Under the pieces are notes generated by a model. The model worked only from the letters and a program-made list of their open reading frames with translations. It made no database searches and was not told the origin of the DNA. Both the position numbers and the translations under genes were made by a program. This document shows, in pieces, positions 1-11,995 of a stretch of 64,000 nt of DNA. Position 1 is the first letter of the stretch. Every line of letters begins with the position of its first letter. The DNA comes from Scenedesmus sp. PABB004 (taxonomy: Eukaryota). Where the stretch lies: contig JABVCE010000011.1 in NCBI GenBank assembly GCA_014905635.1, positions 496,001-560,000 on the forward strand, in the 5' to 3' direction.

Positions 1-60
1 GGCGGGGACGCGGCGTCCTCCACGCCCGCCCGACCGGGGCCCCGGCACGCGCGCGCGCAG

Positions 61-1409
61 TCGGTCTGCAGCAGCGCCGCGAGCCTGGTCGGCGGCGTCG
101 ACGCAGACGGCCGGCCCATGCGCTGGGCGGTCGGCGCGCTGCTGCCGTGGCCCGAGCGCGGCGCGGACGGGCCCGCGCACCACGTGGTGGCGGTGCAGCA
201 GGCGCTGTTCAAGGGCCTGCTGTTCCCCGACACGCAGCTGCCCACGGTGCGCCTGTTTGCGCTGCTCGCGCGCGGGCTGTGCGAGCTGCCGGCGCCCGCG
301 GCGGCGGCTCCGCGCGAGCCCGGCGACTGCGAGTGGGGCAGCCACGACCAGGGCTTCTATGAGGGCCTGGCTGGCCCGCCGGCGGCAGGGCCGTGCGCCG
401 GCATGCCCAGCGGCAGCGCTGCCGGCAGCCGCGCGGCCACCGGCGGCGGTGCGCTGTCGCGCAGCAGCAGCCGCGACGGCCCCGCCGGCGCGGGGCTGCT
501 CGGCGGCGCCGCCGGCGGGGGCACGCTGGGCCGGCCGCGCAGCGCGCGGGTGGCCAGCTCGCTGCAGCAGGAGCACCTGCTTGCGTCGCACAGCGACGCG
601 GGGCAGCAGCCGCAGGCGCAGCAGCCGGCGCAGCCGACGCCAGAGGAGCTGGGCGCTCCGGACGGGCCCGGCAACGCGAGCGCGCCGCTGCAGCAGCAGG
701 ACGAGGACGCCGCGTCGCTGTCGCGCAGCGCGCCCGAGCTGCGCGGCATTGGTGCCGGCGGCCGCGGGGGCAGCGGCGGCGGCGCGCGGCTGCCGCCGGA
801 CGCGTGGCAGCAGGCCGTGCGCAGCAGCGGCGGCGCGCGGCGGCATCGGGGCAGCAGCGGCGAGGGCCTCAGCAGCAGCTGGGGCGTCTGGTCGCTGCTG
901 GCGGGCGGCGGCGCGCCGGGTGCGCGCAAGCTGCCGGGCAGCCGCGCGGTGGTGCAGACCCTGCTGGGCCACCGCCACGCGCAGCTGCTGGTCAGCCTGG
1001 CGGCGCTGGTCCCCTTCTTCTGCAGCCAGCTGGGCGAGCTGGAGCCGGACTCGGAGCTGCTGGACGCGCTGCAGGTGCGTGCGCGCACGACCGGCTGGGC
1101 TGGCCGGCGGCGGGCGGCGGCGCGGGGCGAGCGGCTGGGGCGCCGCTGTCCGGAGGGAAGCGAGGGCGCCAGCCTCACGCCCGCCTGCCCTGCCCGCCGC
1201 CTGCCCGGGCGCCGCTCCCTTGCACACACCTGTGTGTGCAGGAGTGCATGGCCACGCTCTCTGCGGCCTGCGCCACCCAGGGCCTGGGCGAGCTTGGCAG
1301 CAGGCTGCAGCAGCTCACCGCCAGCCTCAACGTCAACTGCAGCGCAGCAAGCAGCAGCCCGCAGCAGCGGCAGCCGCCGCACGGCCGGCCAGCGCCCAGG
1401 CTGGCGGCC

Positions 1410-1462
<53 letters not shown>

Positions 1463-2241
1463 TGCCGGCGTCATTGGCGGCAGCACGAGCCAGAGCCTCT
1501 CCGCCGGCGGCTGCTTCCAGCAGCACGGCCCCGACAGCCCCAGCCACGCGGCGCTGGTGCGCCTGCTGCAGGGCCTGTGCAGCGCGATGTCGCGCGCGCT
1601 GCTGCCGACGTTTGGCGAGTGGCTGCTGCGCTTCTGGGTCGGCCTGCTGCTGCTCCCGGGCGCGGCGGCGCTGCACCCCCACGTGCTGCTGCTGCTGCGC
1701 TGCCTCCTGGCGACGCCGGGGCTGGCGCTCGGGCCCGGCGCGGCGCTGCTGTCGGACGGCGCCTTTCTCAGCCCCATTGTCGGCCTCTCGCAGGTGCGGC
1801 GCACCAGCCGGCGCGGCCGGGGCTGGTCGCCCGCGGCCGGCGCGGCCGGGGCTGAGCCGCGCCGCTGCCGCTGCCTGCCGCCGCCGCCGCGCGCAGGGCC
1901 CGCTTTGCCAGCACGCGCTGGACGCGTTGGATGCGATCATGCAGCTCACGCTCACAGCCGGCGCGGAGCAGCAGCAGGCGCAGCAGGCGCCGCAGCAGGG
2001 CCTGCGCGCGAGCGGCGGCAGCGCGGCAGCGGGGCTCGGCGCGGCGCCGCCGGCGGCCGGCGGCCCGGGCGTCGACCTGCAGGGCCTCGCGGCGTGCCTG
2101 CTGCCCCAGCTCGACGTGGTGCTGCTGCTGCAGCGCGTGCTGGACTCGGGCGGCACCCCGCCCAGGCGGCGGCAGCGGCTGCTGCCGTTCCTCGCCGGCG
2201 CGCACCACGCTGGCGGCAGGGAGCGCACGCAGGACGATTGA
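61..2241 (+). CDS. 3' part of Furry/MOR2-PAG1 (Tao3-like) cell morphogenesis scaffold protein; 5' end lies outside the window
   Basis: Exons ~61-1074, 1242-1793 and 1897-2241 with GT-AG introns. The spliced product has VQQALFKGL, HVLLLLRCLL...IVGLSQGPLCQHALDALDAIMQ and LLLQRVLDSG...RRRQRLLPFL, resembling the C-terminus of plant Furry-like proteins. Confidence 0.7.
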
Positions 2242-2300
2242 CGCGTGGGATGCGGCGCGCCTTGGGCCAGGGCGCAATGATGGGGCTCGTGCTGCGCGTG

Positions 2301-2534
2301 CGCGCTGTGCCGGCGGCGTGCAACACAGAGACGGGCCCTCGCCCGCACGCACCCCCCGGCGAGCAGCCAGGTGGCCTCCGGCGGGGAGGCCAGAGCGCCG
2401 CCGCGCTCTGCGCCCGCCGTGCGCCGCCGGCGGCGGCAGGCGAAGGCGCGGGGGCGGCCGGGCAGCTGCCCGCCGCGTGCGACACCCTCCCGGCGCCCCC
2501 GCCCCGCCCCGCGCACAGCCCGCCCCCGATCCGC
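2301..2534 (+). repeat. ~230-bp imperfect direct repeat, copy 1 (upstream of the F-box/LRR-like gene)
   Basis: Aligns by eye with 4500-4730, e.g. ggcggcaggcgaaggcgcgggg and caccctcccggcgcccccgccccgccccgcgcacagcccgccc. Confidence 0.9.
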
Positions 2535-2568
2535 GTTCTCAGCACGCTGAAGCACCGCCCGCAGCAGC

Positions 2569-4410
2569 ATGGCGACCGGGAGGAGCGCCGAGCGCGGCGC
2601 GGCGCCGCCGGGCGCGTGCGTGCTGCTGCCGGCCCTGGAGGCGCTGGGCGAGGCGGCCTGGGGCGCCGCGCTGGTGCCCAAGATGCTGGCGGACCCTGGC
2701 AGCGCGCCCGCGTTCGCGCTGGCCTGCAGGGCGACGCGGCGCGTGGTGCACGGCGCGGTCGCGGCGCTCAAGCTGCGCGGCGGCGACTGCGAGCGCGCGG
2801 CGGCGCTGCAGGGCGGGCTGTTCGCGTCCTGCGGCAGGGTAAACATCAAGCTGGCCAGCCGCAAGGACGCCGCGGTCGGCCTGGCGGCCGCGCTGCCGGC
2901 GCTCGCGACGTGAGCGGGCGACCGGCGCTGCTGCTGCTGTGCGCGCGGCCTGTGCAGGCGGCCCTGCCGCCCGTGGCGCCGGCTGCTTGGTGGCCGTGGC
3001 GGCGTGCACGCACCCTGCAACACTCACGTAGCGCGCCCAGCTGGCTCACGCGCGCCGCCCGCCGCCCGCCGCCCGCGCGCAGGCTGCCGCGGCTGACGGC
3101 GCTGCGCCTGGACGTCGCGGACGGCGGAGCCAGCGAGCCGCTCAACCTGGCGCCTGTGCTGGGAACTGTGCGCTTGAGCCTGCCCGGCGTGCGCGCTCTC
3201 GAGCTGGACGTCGCCAGCAGCTGGGCGGGCAGCGACGCGGCGTGGCTGGCGCTGGGCCTGGCGACGCAGCTCACGGCCGTCACCGTGCGGTTTGGTGAAG
3301 ATCTGCAAGCACCTGCCACGCTGGCGCACTGCTCGGTGCTGACCAAGCTGCGCAGCCTGGCGAGCCTGGAGGTGTCTGGCGGCAACTTCAGAAACAGCCC
3401 TCAGCAGCAGTACGGCTGGCTGGGCGGCCTGGCGCCGGCGCTCACAGTGCTGCGCCTGCCCCTGGTCTGCAGCCACCAAGGCCTTGCGTCTGTGGGCGCC
3501 TGCACGGGGCTGCGGAGGCTTTCGCTGCATTCGTGGAGCGACGACAGCGCCGGCGGGGCCCGTTTGGCCGACGCTGGGCGGCGCCGAGTGTGCGGCGCTC
3601 GCGCGGCTGGTCGCGCTCACGGGGCTGGAGTTGCAAGTCGACCAGGGCTCCGACCCGCGCCTGCTGTCGGCGCTGGGCGGGCTGACCGACCTGCAGGTGC
3701 TTGGTGTTTTTGGCCTGTCGCGCGTCTCACTGCCGTGCCTGGCGGGCCTGAGCCGGCTGACTCAGCTGGGCGGTGGGTGGATCGAGGGGGGCGGCGAGGG
3801 CGAGCCCGTGGCGTGCCCGTCGGTGGTGGAGCTGTGGAGCATGGGACTGGTGCCGTTTGCGGCCTTTCCTCGCCTGTGCAGGGTCGGGCAGCTGGCGGCC
3901 TGGCTGCCGGCCACGCTGCAGGAGCTGGCCGAGCACTGCAGCGAGCTGGAGTCGTTGGAGCTCTCCGAAACAGTGCAAAACCCCAGCCTGCTGAGGGATG
4001 GCGACGCGGCGGGACGCGTGGCGGCGGTGCGGTCGCTGGCGCGCCTGACCGTGCTGCATGAGCTCGACTTTGCAGCAGATGACGACGCAGAGCTGGCGGC
4101 GCTGGCCACGTGCACGCAGCTCACCTACCTGGAGGTGCGAGTGCCTGTTGGCAGCGAGGCCACGCCCATGGGCCTGATGCCACTGGCGGGCATGCGCGCG
4201 CTGCGGGAGGCCAAGCTGGCGCTGCGCGGGCTGGAGCTGTCTGAGGCGGACGCGCGTGCGGTGCTGTGCGGGCTGTCTTGTCTCGACTCGTTGAAGGTGG
4301 GCGTGCGCCGCGAGGAGGAGGCGGAGGCGTGGCAGTCGGCGGCGGCAGACGCAGGAGAGGCCGGCTTGCCACAGCCCGCTGAGTTTGACGTTGAGGTGAT
4401 GGCGGCCTGA
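2569..4410 (+). pseudogene. F-box-like/LRR (RNI-like) repeat protein, copy 1; one intron (2910-3082); frameshift near 3560 (real or sequencing error)
   Basis: N-terminal ALGEAAWGAALVPKM...APAFALACRATRRVV motif, then LxxLxxLxL repeats. The frame switches at cgt|ttgg where the paralog at 36.6 kb reads cgtgtctgg (RVW), i.e. a 2-nt loss. Confidence 0.7.
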
Positions 4411-4499
4411 GGGCGCCTCTCACTCATGTGGTGCGGTGGGGCGGCTCGGCGGCGGGCGTGTGTGGGGTCGCTGCACTTGTGCTGCACGCTCTGGCCGCG

Positions 4500-4730
4500 C
4501 GCGCTGCGCCGGCGGCGTGCAACAGGTGATGGGCCCTTGCCCGCGCGCACCCACCAGCGAGCGGCAGCCAGGCGCTCTCCGGCGGGCAGGCCAGAGCGCC
4601 GCCGCGTTCTGCGCAAGCCGTGCCCGCCGGCGGCAGGCGAAGGCGCGGGGCGGCCGGGCGGCTGCCCGCCGTGTGCGGCACCCTCCCGGCGCCCCCGCCC
4701 CGCCCCGCGCACAGCCCGCCCGCGATCCGC
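4500..4730 (+). repeat. ~230-bp imperfect direct repeat, copy 2 (downstream of the LRR gene, upstream of the TL17.9-like gene)
   Basis: Aligns with 2301-2534. Confidence 0.9.
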
Positions 4731-4867
4731 AGTCGCCACGCAGCAGCACGCACGGCATCCGCGCCGCTTGAGCAGGCAGGCGCCGCGCCGCTTGAGCAGC
4801 AGCGAGCGGCGGCGAGCGGCGCAGGGCGTGCGGGCGTGCAGAACCCCGCCCGCACGGCGCATCGCCA

Positions 4868-5926
4868 ATGCTTCTCCGCACGGCAGCGCCACGCCGCGCG
4901 GCGGCGCCCGCGGTGCAGCGCAGGACCGGCGCCGCCGGCAGCAGCGACCCGCGCGCGCTCGCGGGCGCGGGCGTCCTCGCGGCGCTGCAGCTGGCGCTCA
5001 GCCCGCTGAACGCACACGCGGTGCAGGAGCCGCCGGCGCTGACGCCGTACCAGGAGGCGCGGCGCATCGTGTACGGTCCCACGCCGGACGGGTCGATCCG
5101 GGGGTGCCCCAGCAACATAAACCCCAACTGCGTGAGCACAGGTGCCCGCCGCCGCCGCCGCGGCGCGGCGCCGCGGCGCCGCGCGCCGGCCGCCCGGCCG
5201 CGGCCGCCCCACGCGTTCGGCCGCCGCCGCAGCGAGCATCAACGACGCCTATTCGCCCGCCTGGCGCGCGGCCGAGGCGACGCCCGCGGCGGCGGCGGAG
5301 GTGCTCGAGGCCTCCGTGGCGGCGTCGCTGGAAGTGCGCGACGCGGCGCGCGCGGCCGGGCGCAACCCCGCGCCCGCGCCCACGCGCGCCGCGCGCCCAC
5401 GCGCGCCGCGCGCCGCGCGCCGCCCGCGCAGGGCGCCGAGCTGCTGCGCGCCCTCACGCTGCCGTCGGGCGCGGAGTACCGGGCGTTTGGCGTGCCCTCC
5501 CTGTTTGGGCAGGACGTGGTGGAGTTTGTGATCCGGCCAGAGGTGCGGCGGCGGCGGGGTGCAGGCGGGGGGCGCGCGGCGCGGCGGCGGGGCGCGCCGG
5601 TGCGAGAGCCCGCGGCGCGCCGCAGGGCGTCGGCGGCCGCGGCTGGGAGGGCGACCCGCCTGGCGGGCAGCTGGTGACGTACCGCAGCATGGCCGGCAGG
5701 TGCGCGGCTCGCTGCGCGCTCAGGGCAAGGCTGCTCGTCTGAGGGGCCCGCCAAACCACTGACCCCGTCCGGCCCGGCGCCCGCCGCAACACCCAGTGTC
5801 AAGTACATCTGGCCGGTTCAGCAGCCGCTGACGGACTTTGACGCCCAGCGCACGCGCATCGCCAAGCTACGCGCGGACCTGGGGTGGCAGATCATAGGCT
5901 GCGAACTTCTGGAGTGTTTTCAGTGA
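4868..5926 (+). CDS. Thylakoid lumenal 17.9 kDa-like protein (DUF1499-like), 5 exons
   Basis: Transit peptide ending LALSPLNAHA. Motifs DGSIRGCPSNINPNCVST, DVVEFVI, VTYRSMA.SVKYIWP and QRTRIAKLRADLGW. Four GT-AG introns; TGA at 5924-5926. Confidence 0.8.
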
Positions 5927-6219
5927 TGGGAGAGGCGTGCGGCATGAAAAAGGATGACGGGAATACGACGGCGGCGGCGCGGCCGGTGCCGCCGCCGAGA
6001 ACCCCGCCGCAGCTGCAAGCCGGGCGACCTAGCCTGCCTCCCGAGCAACAGCCGCTGTCCGCGTCCCTCTTAGCAGCCCGGCGCTCACGACCGCGCGAGC
6101 GGGCTGCTGCCGGCCCCGGCATCTGACGCTGCTGTCGGTCGCGGGCGCGCCGCCGCGCCGACCCTGATCGCTGCCGGGCCGCCCCAGCAGCTCCGCCGCC
6201 CTCCCGCGCGCCGGCCAGC

Positions 6220-8819
6220 ATGCTTCGCCACGCGTCAGGGCTGCTGCTCCGGCAGGGCGCAACCGCTGGCGCGGCGCAGCTGCAGCAGCTGCGCTTCCTC
6301 AACGTCCACGAGTACCAGGCGCGCCCCGCGGCCGTGATCTGGGGCCCGGCCGCGCGCCCGCGCCGCGGCGCGGCAGACGCCGACGCCCGCGCGCCGCCGC
6401 CGCCGCTGCCGCCGCGCGCGCGCGCCCGCGGCGCAGGGCTCGGAGCTGATGGCCAAGTTCGGCATCAACGTCCCGCCCGGGCGCCCGGCCTTCACGCTGG
6501 AGGACGTCGCGGCGGCGGCGGAGGCAATGAAGGACGAGAACAACGAGGCGCGCTGCCTGCCTGCGCCGCCGCAGCCGCAGCCGCAGCCGCGGCGGCGCTT
6601 GCTGCGCTGCGGCCGCGCCGGAGGCGTGCGGCGCCGCGCGCGCGCGCGCGCGCGCAAGCAGCCGCCGCGGGGCGGGCGGCGGGGGCTCACAGCGCAGCGG
6701 CGCCGCGCGGTATCCCGACGCGGCGCCGCCGGCGCGGGCGGCGCCGCAGGTGGTGCTCAAGAGCCAGATCTACGCCGGCGGGCGCGGCCTGGGCAAGTTC
6801 ACCAACGGCCTGCAGGCGCGCGCACGCACCGGGCCGCGCCAGCGGCCGCGGGGCCGGCGCGCCGCTCGCCGCCCACCCCGCCGCTCGCCCAGCCGCGCAC
6901 GCCGCCCGCCCGCCGCCCCGCGCGCGCGCAGGGCGGTGTGCACATCGTACCCGTGCCCCAGGCGCTCGAGCTCGCGCGGCGCATGCTCGGCGCGACGCTC
7001 GTGACCAAGCAGACGGGCGCGGGCGGGCGGCCGGTCAACACGCTGCTCGTCGCGCGCAAGATGCGGCTCGCGCGGGAGATGTACTTTGCCATTCTGCTCG
7101 ACCGTAAGACCGCCGGCCCCGTCATGATCGGCTGCAGGCGCGCGCGCTGCGCTCGTGCCGCGCGCGCTGCACGTGCCGCGCGGCCTCCACGCGCGGCGCG
7201 CGCTGTGTGTGTGTTGCGCGCGCCGCGCTGACGCGCGGCACGCGCGCGTCGCGCGCGAATGCGCGCGCGCAGCGAGGGCGGCACGAGCATCGAGGACCTG
7301 GCTGAGAAGTACCCCGAGAAGATCATCAAGATCCCGGTCGACATCCGCACCGGCATCACCGACGAGCAGGCGACCGCGATGGCGCGCGGCCTCGCCGTCA
7401 CCGGCGACCTCGCCGCCGCGGCGGAGCAGATCAAGGCGCTGTACCGCCTCTTTGCCGAGTGCGACTGCACCATGGTCGAGGTGCGCGCGCGTCGGCTCGA
7501 TCCCCAGCTAAGACCGATTGAACTACAATGTGGGGGGCGCCGCCGCCGTCCCGTCACCGCACCATGCCCGCGCTGCCCGTGCGCGGCCCGCCGCGCGGCG
7601 CAGGTCAACCCGCTCGCGGAGGACACCGAGGGCCGGCTCATCGCGGCGGACGCGAAGCTCGGCTTCGACGACAACGCGGGCTACCGCCAGAAGGATATCT
7701 TTGCGCAGCGCGACGAGAGCCAGATCGACCCGCGGTGCGCGCGGGGACCCGCCGCCGCGCCCGCGCCCGCCCCCGCCGCCCGCACCACGCGTGCTGCGGT
7801 CCCCGCGCCGCGGCCAGCACGCGCACGCGCACGCGCACGCGCGCCCACGCACACACACGCACACACAACACACGCGCCCACACGCACACACGCACACACA
7901 ACACACGCGCCCACACGCACACACGCACACACAACACACGCGCGCGCGCAGCGAGGTCGCGGCGGGCAAGTACGACCTCAACTACATCGGCCTCGACGGC
8001 AGCATCGGCTGCATGGTCAACGGCGCGGGCCTGGCCATGGCGACGATGGACATCATCAAGCTCCACGGCGCCGCGCCCGCAAACTTCCTCGACGTCGGCG
8101 GCAACGCGAGCGAGACGCAGGCGCGGACGCGGCGCGCGGTCTCGGCGGCGGGCGAGCGCGCGGGCGCGGCGGCGGCGGGCGCGGCGCGGGGCGGGGCGCC
8201 GAGGCCGCTGCGCCGCCGCCCGCCGCCCGCGCCGCCAGGTGGTCGAGGCGTTCAAGATTCTCACCAGCGACCCCCAGGCGCGGCGCCGCGCGCGCGCCCC
8301 TCGCCCCGCGCCCGCCACCTCCCGCCCGCCCCCGCTCGCCCCCCCCCCCCCCCCCCCCCCCCCGCGCTCCGCGCCCACGCGCGCGCCCCGCGCCCGCCCC
8401 TCGACCCCTGCCCGCACCGCTCAAACCCTAAACCCTAAACCCTGAACCGGTCAGGTCAAGGCGATCCTGGTCAACATCTTTGGCGGCATCATGAAGTGCG
8501 ACGTCATCGCGAGCGGCATCGTCGCCGCGGCAAAGCAGGTCGGCGTCAAGGTCCCGCTGGTGAGGCAGGCCGCGGACGCGCGGCGCGCGGCGCGGCGCGC
8601 GGCGCGGCGCGTGGCGGCGGGCGCGGCTTCGGGCGCTGCGCGCGGCAGCGGGCGCCGAGCGCCGGCGCCGGCCGCGGCGCGCAGGTCGTGCGGCTGGAGG
8701 GGACCAACGTCGAGGAGGGCAAGGCCATCCTGGGATCCAGCGGCATCAACGTGATCACCGCCGACGACCTCGACGACGCGGCGACCAAGGCGGTCGCCGC
8801 GGTCGCGGCGCTCGGGTGA
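6220..8819 (+). CDS. sucC: Succinate-CoA ligase beta subunit, mitochondrial; 10 exons
   Basis: [99 protein letters not shown]. Six of nine introns have GC donors. Confidence 0.97.
8423..8447 (+). repeat. Interstitial telomere-type repeat (AAACCCT)3 in the 3' end of an intron
   Basis: aaaccct aaaccct aaaccct gaac, just upstream of the acceptor at 8454. Confidence 0.85.
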
Positions 8820-8883
8820 ACGGCCTGCTAGCTGCTGCGTCGGCGCCGCGGTGCGGGCTGCGGCCCCGAGCGCGCGGTGTAGG

Positions 8884-8888
8884 TGTAA
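8884..8888 (+). terminator. TGTAA poly(A) signal of the succinyl-CoA ligase gene
   Basis: Chlorophyte UGUAA motif ~65 nt after the stop. An opposite-strand TGTAA lies at 8934-8938. Other plausible signals occur near 20258(+), 21899(-), 31324(-) and 35344(+). Confidence 0.6.
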
Positions 8889-10015
8889 AACTCTGAAAAA
8901 ACTCTCCGCCGCGCGCGAGGGGGGCTCGGCTCGTTACAACACACGCCACGCCGCGCCGCGCGTGGCCTCCCGGCGGGCGCGCCGCCGTCTGTGACGCGTG
9001 GCCCCCTGCCCTGCGCTCTCCGCGCTGGCAGGGGGTGAGGGTTCTCAGGGGGGTGGGTGGCAAGTGCCCGCGCCGCCGGGGGCGCGCGTGCGCGCAGCCT
9101 CAGCCCATGCAGAACCCATCCGATGCAAGGCGCCGCGCCGCGCGCAGCGGCCGCCGCCGCACAGGCACGGGCGGCGCGCGTGGGCGCGGCGTCGCCGCAA
9201 CACGCTTGGCACAGCCGCGCTAGCGACATGCACGCGCGGCACTGTCGTGACCGACTCCCGGCCGCAGTCTCCGCCCCCCACCGCCTCCCTGTCGCAAATC
9301 GTTCCGGCCGCGCCCGGCGGCGCGCCCCGGCCTGCCGCTGCGCCCACAGGGGCGCGCTGCTGCTGCGACTGCTCCCAGCGCGGGCGAGCCCCGCCGCTCT
9401 CGCTGGCGGGCGCGGCAGCAACGCGGCAACGCGCGCGCGCGGGCCCTGCCTGCCCCCGCCGCCGCCATTTTGCCGCTGTGTGCGGTTGCTGCCGCGCCCG
9501 CCGATGCTCTCGCTTGCTGCTGCGGCACCGACTGGTCGGGCACGTGGGCCCGCTGCATCCCCGGCGGCGCGGCCGCGCGCCCCGCCCGGCACTGCGCTGC
9601 GCGCGCGCGCGCAGGTCAAAGAGTGCGCGCGCGGCGGCAGGCGCGCGCGCCCATTCGCGCGGGGCGCGCGGCCTCCGCGCCGCCGCCCGGCGTATGGCAC
9701 GGGCGGCCGGCGCGCGCCCACGCTGCGGCGCCCTGGCGCCACCACCACGGGAACGAAGGGATGGCGCCGCCCGCTGCCCGCTGCTCCCCCGCGTGCACGG
9801 CCTGCTGAGGCCGGCGGCGCCGCTGCAGCGAGCACTCGCTGCTGCATAGCATTCTGTACACGGCCTGTACGCTGTCTGTACACAGCCTGTCTGAAAGCGC
9901 AAGGACTTGGTCCGGCTCCGCTCCTAGCATCCGGCCTCCGCAGCCCGCCGCGCCGCCAGCGCCGCCCCGGGCGGCCAGCGCCCCCGCGGGGCGCGCCGCC
10001 GCCCGCCGCGCCGGC

Positions 10016-11995
10016 TCACGCCCGGATCGGGCTCGGAGGCGGCAGCAGGCTGGGGCTGCTCCCCGCGCTGCCCATGGCGCCGCCGGCGAGCGGCGGCGGG
10101 CTCGGGCTGCCGCGCCCATAGTCCAGCACGCGGGGGCTGAGCAGCGGCATGCTGCTCGCGCGGCTGCTCGCGCCGCTCGGCGCGGGCGAGCCAAACGCGC
10201 CGCCGCCCGGCGCCGCGCCGCCGGCGAGCGCGCCGGGGGCCTTGTTCGAAAACGACAGCCCCCGCGCGACGCGGCGGCTGAGGGCCTTCAGGCTCAGGCG
10301 GAACTTGCCGCCAAAGGTGCCGACCGCGAGCGTCTCGTCGGCCTCCGGCACGTCCGTCAGCCCGCTCACGCTGCGCAGGCTCAGCCGCTCGGCGGCCTTG
10401 GGCCGCGGCGACGCCGCCGCCGCGGCGGCGCCCGCGCTCACGCCGCCGTGCGCGCCCGCTTGCTGGCCGGCGCCGGCACCGGCGGCGGGCTGCTCGCCGC
10501 CCTGCGCAGCGGCTGCTGCAAAGGGGCTCGCGCCGCCGCCGGCGGGGGCGGGGGCGGGGGCGACGCTGCCGCCGCTGCCGCCGCCGCCGCCGCCGCCGAG
10601 CATCGCCAGAATGCTCCGGAACGCGGCGGGGGGCTCGAGCCCCCCGGCGCCGCGCCCCGGGCTGCTGCTGCCGACGGTGAAGCTGCGGCTGCGCCCGGCG
10701 CCGCGCTGCTGCTGCTGCTGCTGCTGCTGCTCCGCCCCGTCCTGAAACCGGCGCCGCCGGTCCGCCGCCGCGGGCGCAGCGGGGGAGCCGGCGGCGGGGT
10801 GGGGGTGGCGCGCCGCCGCCGGCAGGCTGCCGTTGGACGCGGCGCGCCCGAGCGCGCCGCCGCCGGCGCCGGCGCCGTGCGGCGCGCCCGCGAGCGCGGG
10901 CGCCGCGGCGCCCATGTTGCCGGTGGAGTAGCTCTTCTTGATCTTCTGCTGCCGCTCCGCTGCGGCGACGCTCGCGCAGTGCACCGCCGCGTCAAACGCG
11001 CCCATGCCCTCCAGCTTGAGGTGCGTTCCGCTCATCGGCTCCTTGCAGCCAAAGGTGAGGCTGATGTCGACGTCGTCGGGCAGGCGGAACAGCTCCCTGC
11101 GCGATGCGCGGCGCGGGGCGCGGGGCGGGGCGGGTCGGCGCGGGCGCGCGGGCGCGCGGGCGCGGGCACGGGGCGGCGCGAGCGCACACGGGCGCGGGCG
11201 CGCGGCTGCGTGCGGCCGCACGCGGTGCCGACACCGGCACCGGCGCGGGCGGCGCGGTCACCTGATCTTGCCGGTGAACTCGCACAGGCCGTCGGGGCCC
11301 TGCTTCACGGGGATGCGGTGGATCTGCAGCAGCGGCGCAGCGGCGGCGACGCGGGCGGGGGCGCGTGAGCGACGGCCGCCGTGCGCGCCGCGCCGCGCGC
11401 CGCGGCCGCCGCGCGTCGGGCCTGTCGGCCGCGCTCGCGCGGTCGCCCTGCCCGCCGCCTGTCTCATCGCCTCACCTGGCCCTCAAAGTAGACGACCATG
11501 ATCGGCTGGACCTTGGACACCTCGGGCTTGAGCTCCTCGGGCGTGAGGTGGTGCTTCCAGTCGGCGAGCTCGTTGTTGCAGAACCTGGGCGGCGGCGGCG
11601 GCGGCGGCGCGCGCGCGCGGACGCAGCAGCGTGGGCGGCGCGCGCGAGCGCGCGCGCGCGAGCGCCAGGCTGGCCGCGCGGCCGGGGCGCGGCGGCGCCC
11701 GCGGCGCCGGCGGACCTGCAGAACTTCTCCTCGTGCCGGCCGGCCTGCTGCAGCTGCCAGCGCGCGAGGCACTGCGGGTGCACCTTGCGCGGGCACTTGC
11801 ACGGCGCCATGAGGCTGGCGGAGCCGTCCTCGGGGCTCTCCTCCTCCAGGCAGATCCAGCACATGTCGCTCTCGCTGTCGGCCGCCTGCGGAGGGCGGGG
11901 GCGGGCCTCGGCGCGGCGCCCGGGGGCGCGAGGGATGGCGCCGAAGTTGAGCCCCCACCCGTCGCCACGGCGGCCCGCGGCGCCCGGCTCACCAT
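10016..11995 (-). CDS. RING-CH (C4HC3, MARCH-type) zinc finger protein with a PB1/ubiquitin-like middle domain and disordered tail; 5 exons
   Basis: ATG|gtgagc first exon, then CWICLEE...APCKCPRKVHPQCLARWQ...CRFC, then IMVVYFEGQIHRIPV...KIRELFRLP..VDISLTFGC..P.SG..LKLEG..AFDAAVHCA. Four GT-AG introns. Confidence 0.85.

Noticed and set aside
118..4061. Very long overlapping ORFs (707, 888, 1222 aa) here and similar ones throughout the window
   Set aside because: Extreme GC content makes stops rare. They are Ala/Arg/Pro/Gly-rich read-throughs of introns or shadow frames of real spliced genes.
8828..10010. Additional gene between succinyl-CoA ligase and the RING-CH gene
   Set aside because: No recognisable motifs or consistent exon chain; more likely UTR/intergenic, though not excluded.
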